DNA of 11,686 nt from Candidatus Sumerlaeaceae bacterium. GTDB lineage: Bacteria; Sumerlaeota; Sumerlaeia; Sumerlaeales; Sumerlaeaceae. Shown in pieces: positions 1-7,288 of this stretch; the first letter of the stretch is position 1, and the number at the start of each line of letters is the position of its first letter. The notes beneath the pieces are model-generated. The model was not told the DNA's origin, ran no database searches, and was given only the letters and a program-made list of their open reading frames with translations. The position numbers and the translations under genes were made by a program. Location: assembly GCA_051003195.1 (NCBI GenBank), contig JBPCLP010000012.1, forward strand, positions 1-11,686. Direction: 5' to 3'.

Positions 1-966
1 CGCCAGCCCTGCAGCATCGCGCGGCCGCGCGAGCAAACCGTTTGATCCGTCCGCAATAATCTCGGGAATCCCGCCCGCCGATGTGGCAACCACCGGCAGG
101 CCCGCAATCATCGCGTCGAGAATCGAGGTGCACAATCCTTCCAGGTGCGACGACATCACGAACAGATCGCCGGCGCGCAGCAGCGAGCCGACATCCTTCA
201 CGAACCCGGCAAAGGTGACATGCTGATCCAGCGCGCTCTCCTGCTGCTGTTGCCGAAGCTTTGCTTCCAACTCCCCCGTCCCGGCAATGACCAGTTTGAA
301 TTCGAAACCGCGGTCGCGCAGCAGCCGTGCCGCATGCAGCAATGTCTCGTGGTCCTTGTGGTCCGTCAGCGCGGCAACGTTCACGATGAGCGGCACGCGG
401 GGAGCCGCGCCCCAACTGGCCGCAAGCTGCTCGTCCCGCTGGGGCCCGCGTGGCCTGAACCGCTCCGTGTCTATGCCGCTGTAAGCAATCGACACCTGGT
501 ATTCGCCGATCCCGCTGTCGATCAGCACCTTTTTCACGGCGTTGGAAATCGCAATATAATGCACGTCTTTCGCCAGGTACTTTCGGCGAGACAGCCAGTT
601 GCCGCCGACCGGAAAATCCACACGGCGCGACACCGTGAGCGGTTTCTTCACGATGCGTGACGCCAGGAGCCCCAGCGCATGCGCGTGCGAGGTGTGCGCG
701 TGAAGCACGTCCGCATGCGCGCGTTTAGCGGTCTCGGCAATCTGCCGCACAGCCAGGTAGTCGACCTCGCCGAACCGCACCCGGAGCGGCTGCGCCATCC
801 GCCCCTTTGTGCGGTCCGCAAAAAGCGCGGAATCCGGGGGCGCCAGCACAGTGCATCGATGCCCCCGCGCAACCAGCCCGTCAGTCAGCAGCTTCACCTG
901 CTGCTCGCCACCGCGCCATCCCTTCTCGGTCGAGATGTGCACGATCGACAGCTTGCCGCCGATCAC
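1..966 (-). CDS. Glycosyltransferase family 4 (GT-B fold), 3'-truncated by the window edge
   Basis: Not in the ORF track (no stop in window). Manual translation from GTG at 966, which overlaps the waaF stop as GTGA: MIGGKLSIVHISTEKGWRGGEQQVKLLTDGLVARGHRCTVLAPP...LRAGDLFVMSSHLEGLCTSILDAMIAGLPVVATSAGGIPEIIADGSNGLL. Contains the GT4 N-terminal GG-E motif and the C-terminal EG-x6-(E/D)AM-x2-G-x-PVV...GGIPE signature. Confidence 0.93.
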   Translation of the reverse strand, partial: MIGGKLSIVHISTEKGWRGGEQQVKLLTDGLVARGHRCTVLAPPDSALFADRTKGRMAQPLRVRFGEVDYLAVRQIAETAKRAHADVLHAHTSHAHALGLLASRIVKKPLTVSRRVDFPVGGNWLSRRKYLAKDVHYIAISNAVKKVLIDSGIGEYQVSIAYSGIDTERFRPRGPQRDEQLAASWGAAPRVPLIVNVAALTDHKDHETLLHAARLLRDRGFEFKLVIAGTGELEAKLRQQQQESALDQHVTFAGFVKDVGSLLRAGDLFVMSSHLEGLCTSILDAMIAGLPVVATSAGGIPEIIADGSNGLLARPRDAAGLA

Positions 967-2090
967 AATGCGACCCCGGTTCTGGGAGCAGGACTTCCTG
1001 CCAGCAACCCCTGCGCGGCTGCAATCACCTGCTGCGTGGTGATACGTTCCATGCAGCGATGGTCAATCGGGCACTCGCGCAAAAAGCAAGGGGCGCATTG
1101 CGGGCTGTGGCGCACCAGTGTCGCATGGGCCTGCCAGGGGTAGGTGACGTTCCAGTCCGTGGGTCCAAAGATCGTAACGGTCGGTACCTGTAGAGCAGCC
1201 GCAGTGTGCATCGGTCCGGAATCGTTCGTGATAAGAAGGCGCAAACAGGCAAGCAGCGCGGCCAATTCCTGCAACGTGACTAACTCGCCCAGCCGGTAGA
1301 TTTTCGCCCGCGTCGCAGCCTGCACCTCGTCCGTAAGCGCTGCCTCGCCCGCACTGGCAGTGCTTACGAGAACTGTGCCGTCAGCCGCCAGTGCATCCGC
1401 CACCTCACCCAACCTTGATGCCGGCCAGCGTTTTGCGCCGCCGTACGCCGCACCGGGATTAATGCCAATCAGCAGTTTGCCGGCGAGATCCTGTTGCTCC
1501 AGCAGTTGTGCGACCTTTGCAGCCGCGACAGGATTAATTCCCAGGTGTAGCTGCATCGGCGCTACAGGGCCATGTGCGTAAACGCGTCCACCGAGCGCGA
1601 TCGCCGTCTCCTGCGCAATACGCATGTAATACTCCACCATGTGCCGCGGCATTTGCTCAGGTCGGTCCGGGTGCGCGCCCGGGATGCTCTTGCTGCTCAG
1701 CGGTTTCGGAGTCGGCGTTTGCCACTCCAGCCCACGATACGGCAGGCGATGCGTCAGCAGCAGAGATCGCCCACCGCGGGCAAAGCCGATCCGCCGCGAA
1801 ATACGCAGTTTCCACGCGAGCCATCCGGAACTGAACGAGTTCGTCAGCAGCGCGACCGCGTCATACCTCGCGTCTTTTAGTTTCCGGGCGACATCCGGGG
1901 CCAACTTCCGTTCGTCCGCCGTGATCAGCGTGGTTATGTGCGGATTATCGATTAGAACCCCGGCAACCGAGGGACGGGCAAGCAGGTCGATGCGCGCATC
2001 CGGGAATGTAATTCGCAGGAAGGCAAGCGCAGGCGTCGCCATGATGCAGTCCCCAACCCAGTTCGGCGCCTTCACAAGGATCGCTGTCAC
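963..2090 (-). CDS. waaF: Lipopolysaccharide heptosyltransferase II (GT9)
   Basis: Motifs ILVKAPNWVGDCIMATP, INPGAAYGGAKRWP, NDSGPMHTAAAL, FGPT and C-terminal CAPCFLRECPIDHRCM. Start moved from 2126 to GTG at 2090, which overlaps the upstream stop (GTGA) and gives a typical MTAILVKAPNWVGD N-terminus. Confidence 0.92.
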   Translation of the reverse strand: MTAILVKAPNWVGDCIMATPALAFLRITFPDARIDLLARPSVAGVLIDNPHITTLITADERKLAPDVARKLKDARYDAVALLTNSFSSGWLAWKLRISRRIGFARGGRSLLLTHRLPYRGLEWQTPTPKPLSSKSIPGAHPDRPEQMPRHMVEYYMRIAQETAIALGGRVYAHGPVAPMQLHLGINPVAAAKVAQLLEQQDLAGKLLIGINPGAAYGGAKRWPASRLGEVADALAADGTVLVSTASAGEAALTDEVQAATRAKIYRLGELVTLQELAALLACLRLLITNDSGPMHTAAALQVPTVTIFGPTDWNVTYPWQAHATLVRHSPQCAPCFLRECPIDHRCMERITTQQVIAAAQGLLAGSPAPRTGVAL

Positions 2091-2857
2091 GGCTGCGAAG
2101 AATCGTCCTTCTGCTGGCGCTCCCACAGCTTCGCGTACTTCAGGAACACGCTGAACGCCGCGAGCATGCAGACAATAATTCCCGCGCGCCCATCCAGTAT
2201 CCCGAGGCGCAGGATGTACTGCTTAAAGAAACGCCACACCGGCCGGCCCAGCAGGTGCACCGCCGTAACACGCCGGGTCTTCTTCGCGCGATCTCCGGCC
2301 GCCCACGTCGTGTAGCGGTCGAATTTACGCATGTACTGCTCAAAGCTATCAAATGTGTAATGATCGAGCTTGTACTGCGCAAGCCGCGCCGGCCCGTCCA
2401 CCACAGCGTCCGCGTGAACTTCACGATCCACGTAGCGGCCACGGTCTCGCGGAAACACGCGCAGCACACTGTCGTCCTGCCAGCCGCTGTAGCGGATTGG
2501 CTGCCCCATGAAGAAGCTGGATCGTCGAATGCGCAGGGCCGCATCCGGTCCGGGGTTGGTCACGAAATCTCGAATTTCCTGCTGGAGCTCCGCCGGAATT
2601 CGCTCGTCCGCATCGAGGATCATTACCCAGTCGCACGTTGCCTGTGGAATTGCCCAGTTCTTCTGCGTGGCCGAGTTAATATACTCGTGCTCCATCACCC
2701 GCGCACCCATTTGCCGCGCAATCTCGGCCGTTCCGTCCGTGCTGAACGAATCGACAACAAGGATCTCTTCCGCGAACCGCGCACACTCGATCGCCTCGCG
2801 AATGTTACGGCTCTCGTTGAACGTCGGAATGAGTATGGTGAGTCCGCTGCTGCTCAT
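2087..2857 (-). CDS. Glycosyltransferase family 2, LPS core beta-glucosyltransferase-like (WaaE/KdtX/LgtF type)
   Basis: Motifs LIPTFNE, VVDSFSTDGT, QKNWAIPQA, ILDADE (DxD), VH, and a C-terminal FFKQYILRLGILDGRAG...FLKYAKLWE typical of this subfamily. Start taken at ATG 2857 (MSSSGLTILIP); the ORF track extends to 2926. Confidence 0.9.
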   Translation of the reverse strand: MSSSGLTILIPTFNESRNIREAIECARFAEEILVVDSFSTDGTAEIARQMGARVMEHEYINSATQKNWAIPQATCDWVMILDADERIPAELQQEIRDFVTNPGPDAALRIRRSSFFMGQPIRYSGWQDDSVLRVFPRDRGRYVDREVHADAVVDGPARLAQYKLDHYTFDSFEQYMRKFDRYTTWAAGDRAKKTRRVTAVHLLGRPVWRFFKQYILRLGILDGRAGIIVCMLAAFSVFLKYAKLWERQQKDDSSQP

Positions 2858-3054
2858 GGTTCGTGCTGCAGGCTGCTTGTGCAGGTCACCGGGTGCCAGC
2901 AAAATCTTAGCCGTCGCTGACAGCATTGCTGTGGATAAGGTTTACTCTGTTGGGCCCGATGGTACGAGTCAGCAGGGCCAGACAATCTATGATGCGACAA
3001 ACGGAACTTTCAGTAGCGGCGATGTAATCGCGAAACGTTGACCAAAACACGCCA

Positions 3055-4515
3055 TTACCTGGCAGTCGGCGCGCGCATAATGTTTGCGCGGTGCATCGGA
3101 TCAAAATCAGTCCAGTACTTTGCTTCTCGTGCGAGCTGAGCCTTGTACCGTCTGCCTTTTGACACGGTGTCGAGCCAGTGAAGAGGACCATCCACGGTCA
3201 CAATTCCCCCGCGGAAACAGATGATCAGGTGCAGGTTGATCAGCGCAAACAGGACCACGCATTCCCATGCAATGTTCAGCCCCGGGCGTCCAAGGCGTTG
3301 CACCAGCCATGCGGCAAGGGCAGCAAAGCCGAACGCGAACGGCAGCGGGTGATCCACGTAGCTGCGCATGCCGAAAGAAACACCAATCCAGTAATACCAC
3401 CACGTGCCCGCCATGTACGCAACGCCGACAAAGATCGCCAGCAGCCAGGCCGCCGGGAAACGCATGTGCCGAACGGACATAACAAGCCCGCCAAGTGCCA
3501 GCAACAGCGCCGGCGACCAAAAGAACAGCCCGTGCCTGCGCGAGAACAGGACGTTCAGCGCGTGTGGCGAGTACCATGTCAGTGAATGGTCTGTCGTGTT
3601 CGCGATCCAGTACCCGAACTGGATCTTCCACGCCACTAGTTGCGGCAATGCACCAACAACGGCACCAAGCACCCCGCAAAGGAATGGTGCCAGCGCCGCG
3701 CGCAATCCGGATTTATGGGAGAGCGAGCTGACAATCGGCTGGAGCAGGACCAGCGCGACTGGCGCGTCGTATGGCCGAACGACCGCGGCATAGGCGGCGC
3801 AGAATCCCGTCAACAAAGCGAACCAGCACTTGCGCGGATGGTAAGTGGCGGAATCCCACCGGCTCCAGCAAAGCAGCGCAGCCGATCCAAAAAATGCGCC
3901 GGTCAGATGACTCATTGCCGGTTCCGCAAGCAGGTAGTAAAGCATCGGCCCGCACAGTAAAACAGCCCAGCAGCCCAGCGCCGCCGTTCCCGCTGTAAAC
4001 CAGCGGCGTAAAAATGCATAACAGCATGCCAGCGCCAAAACGCCGAATGTCACATTCACCGAGCTAAAGATAAACGGGTAAATCGAAGCAAATCGCGAAA
4101 CCGGATGGATCACCTCCGCCGCAGCCAGCGCCGCAAAACCTCCGCGCGCGATTGCCAGCACAGGCAGAGTAGCCAGCCCGGTGCCGATGTTGAACGGATT
4201 CAGCGGGTCTGTCGCATTTTCATTCAGCCGCTCCCGAAACACCGATGCTGTATCCTCGGGCTGGGTTTTTTCCAGGAAGTTGTACTCGTTCTTAAATTGC
4301 AGGTCCTGGTCGAAAAGCAGGGAATGCGCGTAAGCGAAATAACCGTTCTGGTCGAATCCGACAAGGTAGGGCTGGCCAGTGCCTGTCGGTCTGTAGCTAA
4401 AATGACAGGCCAGGTTGGCAATCGCGAATAACCACAGCAGCACCATCGATACCAGAAATAGCCGATCACCCGTCGGTTGCGGGTTGCGTTGTTCGGGCTT
4501 TGCATCTTCAGCCAT
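3055..4515 (-). CDS. Polytopic membrane glycosyltransferase, GT-C fold (ArnT/PMT-like superfamily), specificity unknown
   Basis: 486 aa with many hydrophobic segments. First-loop acidic motif DQNGYFAYAHSLLFDQDLQFKNEY, then P-x-M-S-H, VRP, FSRRHGLFFWSP and GVSFGMRSY, the pattern typical of uncharacterised bacterial GT-C proteins. Confidence 0.75.
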   Translation of the reverse strand: MAEDAKPEQRNPQPTGDRLFLVSMVLLWLFAIANLACHFSYRPTGTGQPYLVGFDQNGYFAYAHSLLFDQDLQFKNEYNFLEKTQPEDTASVFRERLNENATDPLNPFNIGTGLATLPVLAIARGGFAALAAAEVIHPVSRFASIYPFIFSSVNVTFGVLALACCYAFLRRWFTAGTAALGCWAVLLCGPMLYYLLAEPAMSHLTGAFFGSAALLCWSRWDSATYHPRKCWFALLTGFCAAYAAVVRPYDAPVALVLLQPIVSSLSHKSGLRAALAPFLCGVLGAVVGALPQLVAWKIQFGYWIANTTDHSLTWYSPHALNVLFSRRHGLFFWSPALLLALGGLVMSVRHMRFPAAWLLAIFVGVAYMAGTWWYYWIGVSFGMRSYVDHPLPFAFGFAALAAWLVQRLGRPGLNIAWECVVLFALINLHLIICFRGGIVTVDGPLHWLDTVSKGRRYKAQLAREAKYWTDFDPMHRANIMRAPTAR

Positions 4516-4548
4516 TGCAACACAGTTGCATGCAGGATCGAGCCGTCA

Positions 4549-5334
4549 ATGGAGGACAAAGTTCCCAAAGCGCCAGATCAACCATTCGGAAATGCGGACC
4601 CGTCGTGTGCATATGCAGCGCCACTGGAACCTTCTCTTCGCGATTTAGTGAGCGCGGTTCTCATTGGCTTGATGCTGCAAATCGGCCTGCGTATCGCCCT
4701 GGAGCTGTACGTGCGCGCGGTGCATCCCGACGGGCCGGTCGATTCTGCCGCGCACTATTTCGCCTACATCGCACCGGTGACCGTGGTGATCACGTTTGCG
4801 CTGAGCTACTTCTACGTGTGTGTGAAATACCGCCGAAGTTTTCTGGAAGCCTTCTACATCACGCCTGTTTCAGTTCGCGGGATGTTGCGCTACGTCTCGC
4901 TCGGCGTTGGCGTGTGCGGCATCGCGATCTTCGCGCTGGCAATCGCGGCCCAGTTTGCACCGAAGTCACTCGGCGGCACTTCAAAGGTCAGTCGTGCCCT
5001 ACAGAATCCCGCCGGCGCCTACGTTTGGATGCTGACCGCTCTCATAGCTCCCCTCGTCGAAGAGCTTTTCTACCGTGGCTTTGCTTTCGATGTACTTCGC
5101 CGCCGTTTCAATACGCGCAGTGCCGTGCTGCTCGTCACAGCCTGGTTTGCCGCTGCCCACATTTCGCAGGTCGCCGGAGATTGGCCCAGCCTCGTTGGCA
5201 TCACAGTTCTTTCCGCGGTCGTGACCACTTTACGAGCCCGCACCCAATCGCTCACCCCCGCCATCATCGTGCACTTTGCTTACAACCTGCTTCTGGTCTG
5301 CTTAAGCTGGTATGCGCGCTCCCGCGGCACATGA
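4549..5334 (+). CDS. CPBP family intramembrane glutamic endopeptidase (CAAX protease/Abi)
   Basis: Motifs APLVEELFYRG (EExxxR), FAAAH (FxxxH) and IIVHFAYN (HxxxN) in a multi-TM protein. Start taken at ATG 4549 to avoid overlap with the divergent gene. Confidence 0.9.
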   Translation: MEDKVPKAPDQPFGNADPSCAYAAPLEPSLRDLVSAVLIGLMLQIGLRIALELYVRAVHPDGPVDSAAHYFAYIAPVTVVITFALSYFYVCVKYRRSFLEAFYITPVSVRGMLRYVSLGVGVCGIAIFALAIAAQFAPKSLGGTSKVSRALQNPAGAYVWMLTALIAPLVEELFYRGFAFDVLRRRFNTRSAVLLVTAWFAAAHISQVAGDWPSLVGITVLSAVVTTLRARTQSLTPAIIVHFAYNLLLVCLSWYARSRGT

Positions 5335-5351
5335 ATCGGCGTCTGGCGATT

Positions 5352-5367
5352 GGGCACAGTGCCTGCT
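5352..5367 (+). promoter_or_regulatory. Putative sigma54 (RpoN) -24/-12 promoter upstream of the rtcB locus
   Basis: GGGCACAGTGCCTGCT: GG(5353-54)-N10-GC(5365-66)T with GGCACA and TGCT halves, 34 nt before ATG 5401. E. coli rtcBA is sigma54/RtcR-dependent. Confidence 0.55.
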
Positions 5368-5400
5368 CTAGTCTCTCTTTACCTACGATCGGAGTAACGA

Positions 5401-5610
5401 ATGGCTGTTGATACCGAAGACCTCGAAGGCATGGGATGGAAGCCCGGCCGCGAAACAAAACGCCTGGTGCTGAAGGCTGCAGACGCGGCACTGGCGTGCA
5501 GCATTCCCAAGGAGGAAGTTCTCGAGCGACTGGAAGCAGTAAAGGAAACGCCCGAACAGTTTACCGGGGATCTGCTGTTTGCGGATGTAGCGCACCGTAT
5601 CAAAAAATGA
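5401..5610 (+). CDS. 69-aa ORF resembling the N-terminal helical extension of long-form RtcB proteins, separated from the catalytic ORF by a +1 frame offset
   Basis: Good SD (GGAG 5391-5394). Pattern DL-x2-MG-x-KPG...KEEVLERLEAVKETPEQFTGDLLFADVAHRI matches, from memory, N-terminal extensions of Planctomycete/Bacteroidota RtcB. Ends ATC AAA AAA TGA, 1 nt before the rtcB ATG. Confidence 0.7.
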   Translation: MAVDTEDLEGMGWKPGRETKRLVLKAADAALACSIPKEEVLERLEAVKETPEQFTGDLLFADVAHRIKK

Positions 5611-5611
5611 G

Positions 5612-6820
5612 ATGAGCGAGATCTCTCAAAGTCTCTCCCTTTTCGACACCCCGGTTCCATATTCTGTGTGGAGCGCCGGCGATCTCGACACCGCAACAAC
5701 AGAGCAGATGGATCGAGCCTGCCGTCTGCCGATTTCCGTTTGCGGCGCACAGATGCCTGATGGCCACGTCGGTTACGGTCTACCCATCGGTGGCGTCCTC
5801 GCGTGCCGCGACGCTGTAATACCCTATGGCGTCGGCGTCGACATCGGCTGCCGCATGAAACTGTCGGTCATTCCTGAAGACGCTTCCCGTCTCGCCGGCT
5901 GGAAGGACAAGCTCAAGAAAGTGCTCATGGCGGAAACGCGCTTCGGTGTCGGCGTGGAATTTTCGCCGCGCCACCGCCGCGACCACGCAGTCATGGAAGA
6001 TGATGCATGGGACAATCTTCCTCCAGCCATTTCGCGGCTGCGTGATAAAGCCTGGGCGCAGCTCGGCACCTCGGGCAGCGGCAATCATTTCGTGGAATGG
6101 GGCGAGCTGTTGCTGCAAGAGGAAGAGCTCGGTCTCGCCCCCGGTAACTACCTGGCGCTTCTGTCGCATTCAGGTTCGCGCGGCCTCGGTGCCAATATCG
6201 CGCAGTATTACACCAACGAGGCCATCGACCGCTGCCCGCTTCCAAAGGAGTACCGTCACCTCGCGTGGCTGAACATGCGAAGCGACGCAGGGCGGGGCTA
6301 CTGGAATGCGATGAACCTTGCGGGTGCTTACGCATCCGCGAACCACGACCTGATCCATCGTTATATCCTGAAAGCGGCAGGCCTGAGCGCGGCTGCGCAG
6401 GTTGAGAACCACCACAATTTTGCGTGGCTCGAAGAACACCAGGGCGAGCAACTGGTCGTGCATCGCAAAGGCGCCACGCCAGCGGGCAGGGGTGTGCTGG
6501 GCGTTATTCCAGGGACGATGGGCGACCCGGGATTTGTGGTGCGCGGCAAAGGTAATGCCAAAAGCCTGAATTCCGCCAGCCACGGCGCGGGACGCCGGCT
6601 CAGCCGCAAGGCCGCCAAAGCCTCGATAACCCGGCACCAGATCAAAAGCTATCTGGCCGAACGCGGGGTGGAGCTCATCAGCGCGGGAGTGGACGAAGCC
6701 CCCATGGCGTACAAGAATATCCATGAAGTCATGGCGGCGCAGCAGGATCTGGTCCAGCCCATTGCCACGTTCCGCCCGCGCATGGTGCTGATGGCGACCG
6801 ATGGCAAATCGGAAGATTAG
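5612..6820 (+). CDS. rtcB: RNA-splicing/repair ligase RtcB (catalytic part)
   Basis: Hallmark motifs present: MPDGHVGYGLPIGGV, GVDIGC, QLGTSGSGNHF, LSHSGSRG, HHN, HRKGAT, IPGTMG, SHGAGR, DEAPMAYK. Confidence 0.97.
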   Translation: MSEISQSLSLFDTPVPYSVWSAGDLDTATTEQMDRACRLPISVCGAQMPDGHVGYGLPIGGVLACRDAVIPYGVGVDIGCRMKLSVIPEDASRLAGWKDKLKKVLMAETRFGVGVEFSPRHRRDHAVMEDDAWDNLPPAISRLRDKAWAQLGTSGSGNHFVEWGELLLQEEELGLAPGNYLALLSHSGSRGLGANIAQYYTNEAIDRCPLPKEYRHLAWLNMRSDAGRGYWNAMNLAGAYASANHDLIHRYILKAAGLSAAAQVENHHNFAWLEEHQGEQLVVHRKGATPAGRGVLGVIPGTMGDPGFVVRGKGNAKSLNSASHGAGRRLSRKAAKASITRHQIKSYLAERGVELISAGVDEAPMAYKNIHEVMAAQQDLVQPIATFRPRMVLMATDGKSED

Positions 6821-6825
6821 ATCCG

Positions 6826-7266
6826 CTACAGCCGACGCTCCATCCACCGATGCGGTATACCGGCGTCGAGAAATTCGTCGTCATACGCTGCAAACCCATG
6901 CTTCTCATAGAACGCGACTGCGTGCGTCTGTGCAGTGAGTATTGCCCGGTGATAACCTCGGCGCCGCGCTTCCTCCAGCAGAGACAGCAGAATTGCCGAG
7001 CCGCAGCCCGTGCCTCTCGCATGTGGCGCGACCGCCATGCGGCCGATGTGACCCGCGCCGGCTTCGCCCACTTCGGCAAACAGTCTGCCCGTGCCACATG
7101 CGAGTCCCGAATCGCTATACCCAATGACATGGAATGCCGTCGGGTCTATCTCGTCCAGCTCCATCTCGGCCGGCACATTCTGCTCGCCGACAAACACATC
7201 CATGCGAATCGCGCGCGCCGCATCCGCTTCGGCGGAATTCCAACTCACCGGAATCACACGATACAT
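6826..7266 (-). CDS. GNAT family N-acetyltransferase (ElaA/YjcF-like)
   Basis: Motifs IRMDVFVGEQNVP...ELDEID, GTGRL, HIGRMAV...RGTGCG (acetyl-CoA motif A), AQTHAVAFYEKHGF, FLDAGIPH. GGAG lies 5 nt before ATG 7266. Convergent with rtcB (5-bp gap). Confidence 0.93.
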   Translation of the reverse strand: MYRVIPVSWNSAEADAARAIRMDVFVGEQNVPAEMELDEIDPTAFHVIGYSDSGLACGTGRLFAEVGEAGAGHIGRMAVAPHARGTGCGSAILLSLLEEARRRGYHRAILTAQTHAVAFYEKHGFAAYDDEFLDAGIPHRWMERRL

Positions 7267-7288
7267 CAAAGCTCCAGGCGATCCCGGT

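Noticed and set aside
2930..2938. Perfect DnaA box TGTGGATAA upstream of the GT2 operon
   Set aside because: Single copy with no box cluster, AT-rich unwinding element or origin-associated genes; could be chance.
2959..2985. Sigma70-like promoter for the LPS operon on the minus strand (TTGTCT-N15-TACCAT)
   Set aside because: The 15-bp spacer is suboptimal and both boxes are degenerate; not distinguishable from chance by eye.
145..3041. Long + strand ORFs (145-660, 679-1143, 1639-2154, 2255-2920, 2508-3041)
   Set aside because: Antisense shadows of the well-supported minus-strand glycosyltransferase genes in GC-rich DNA.
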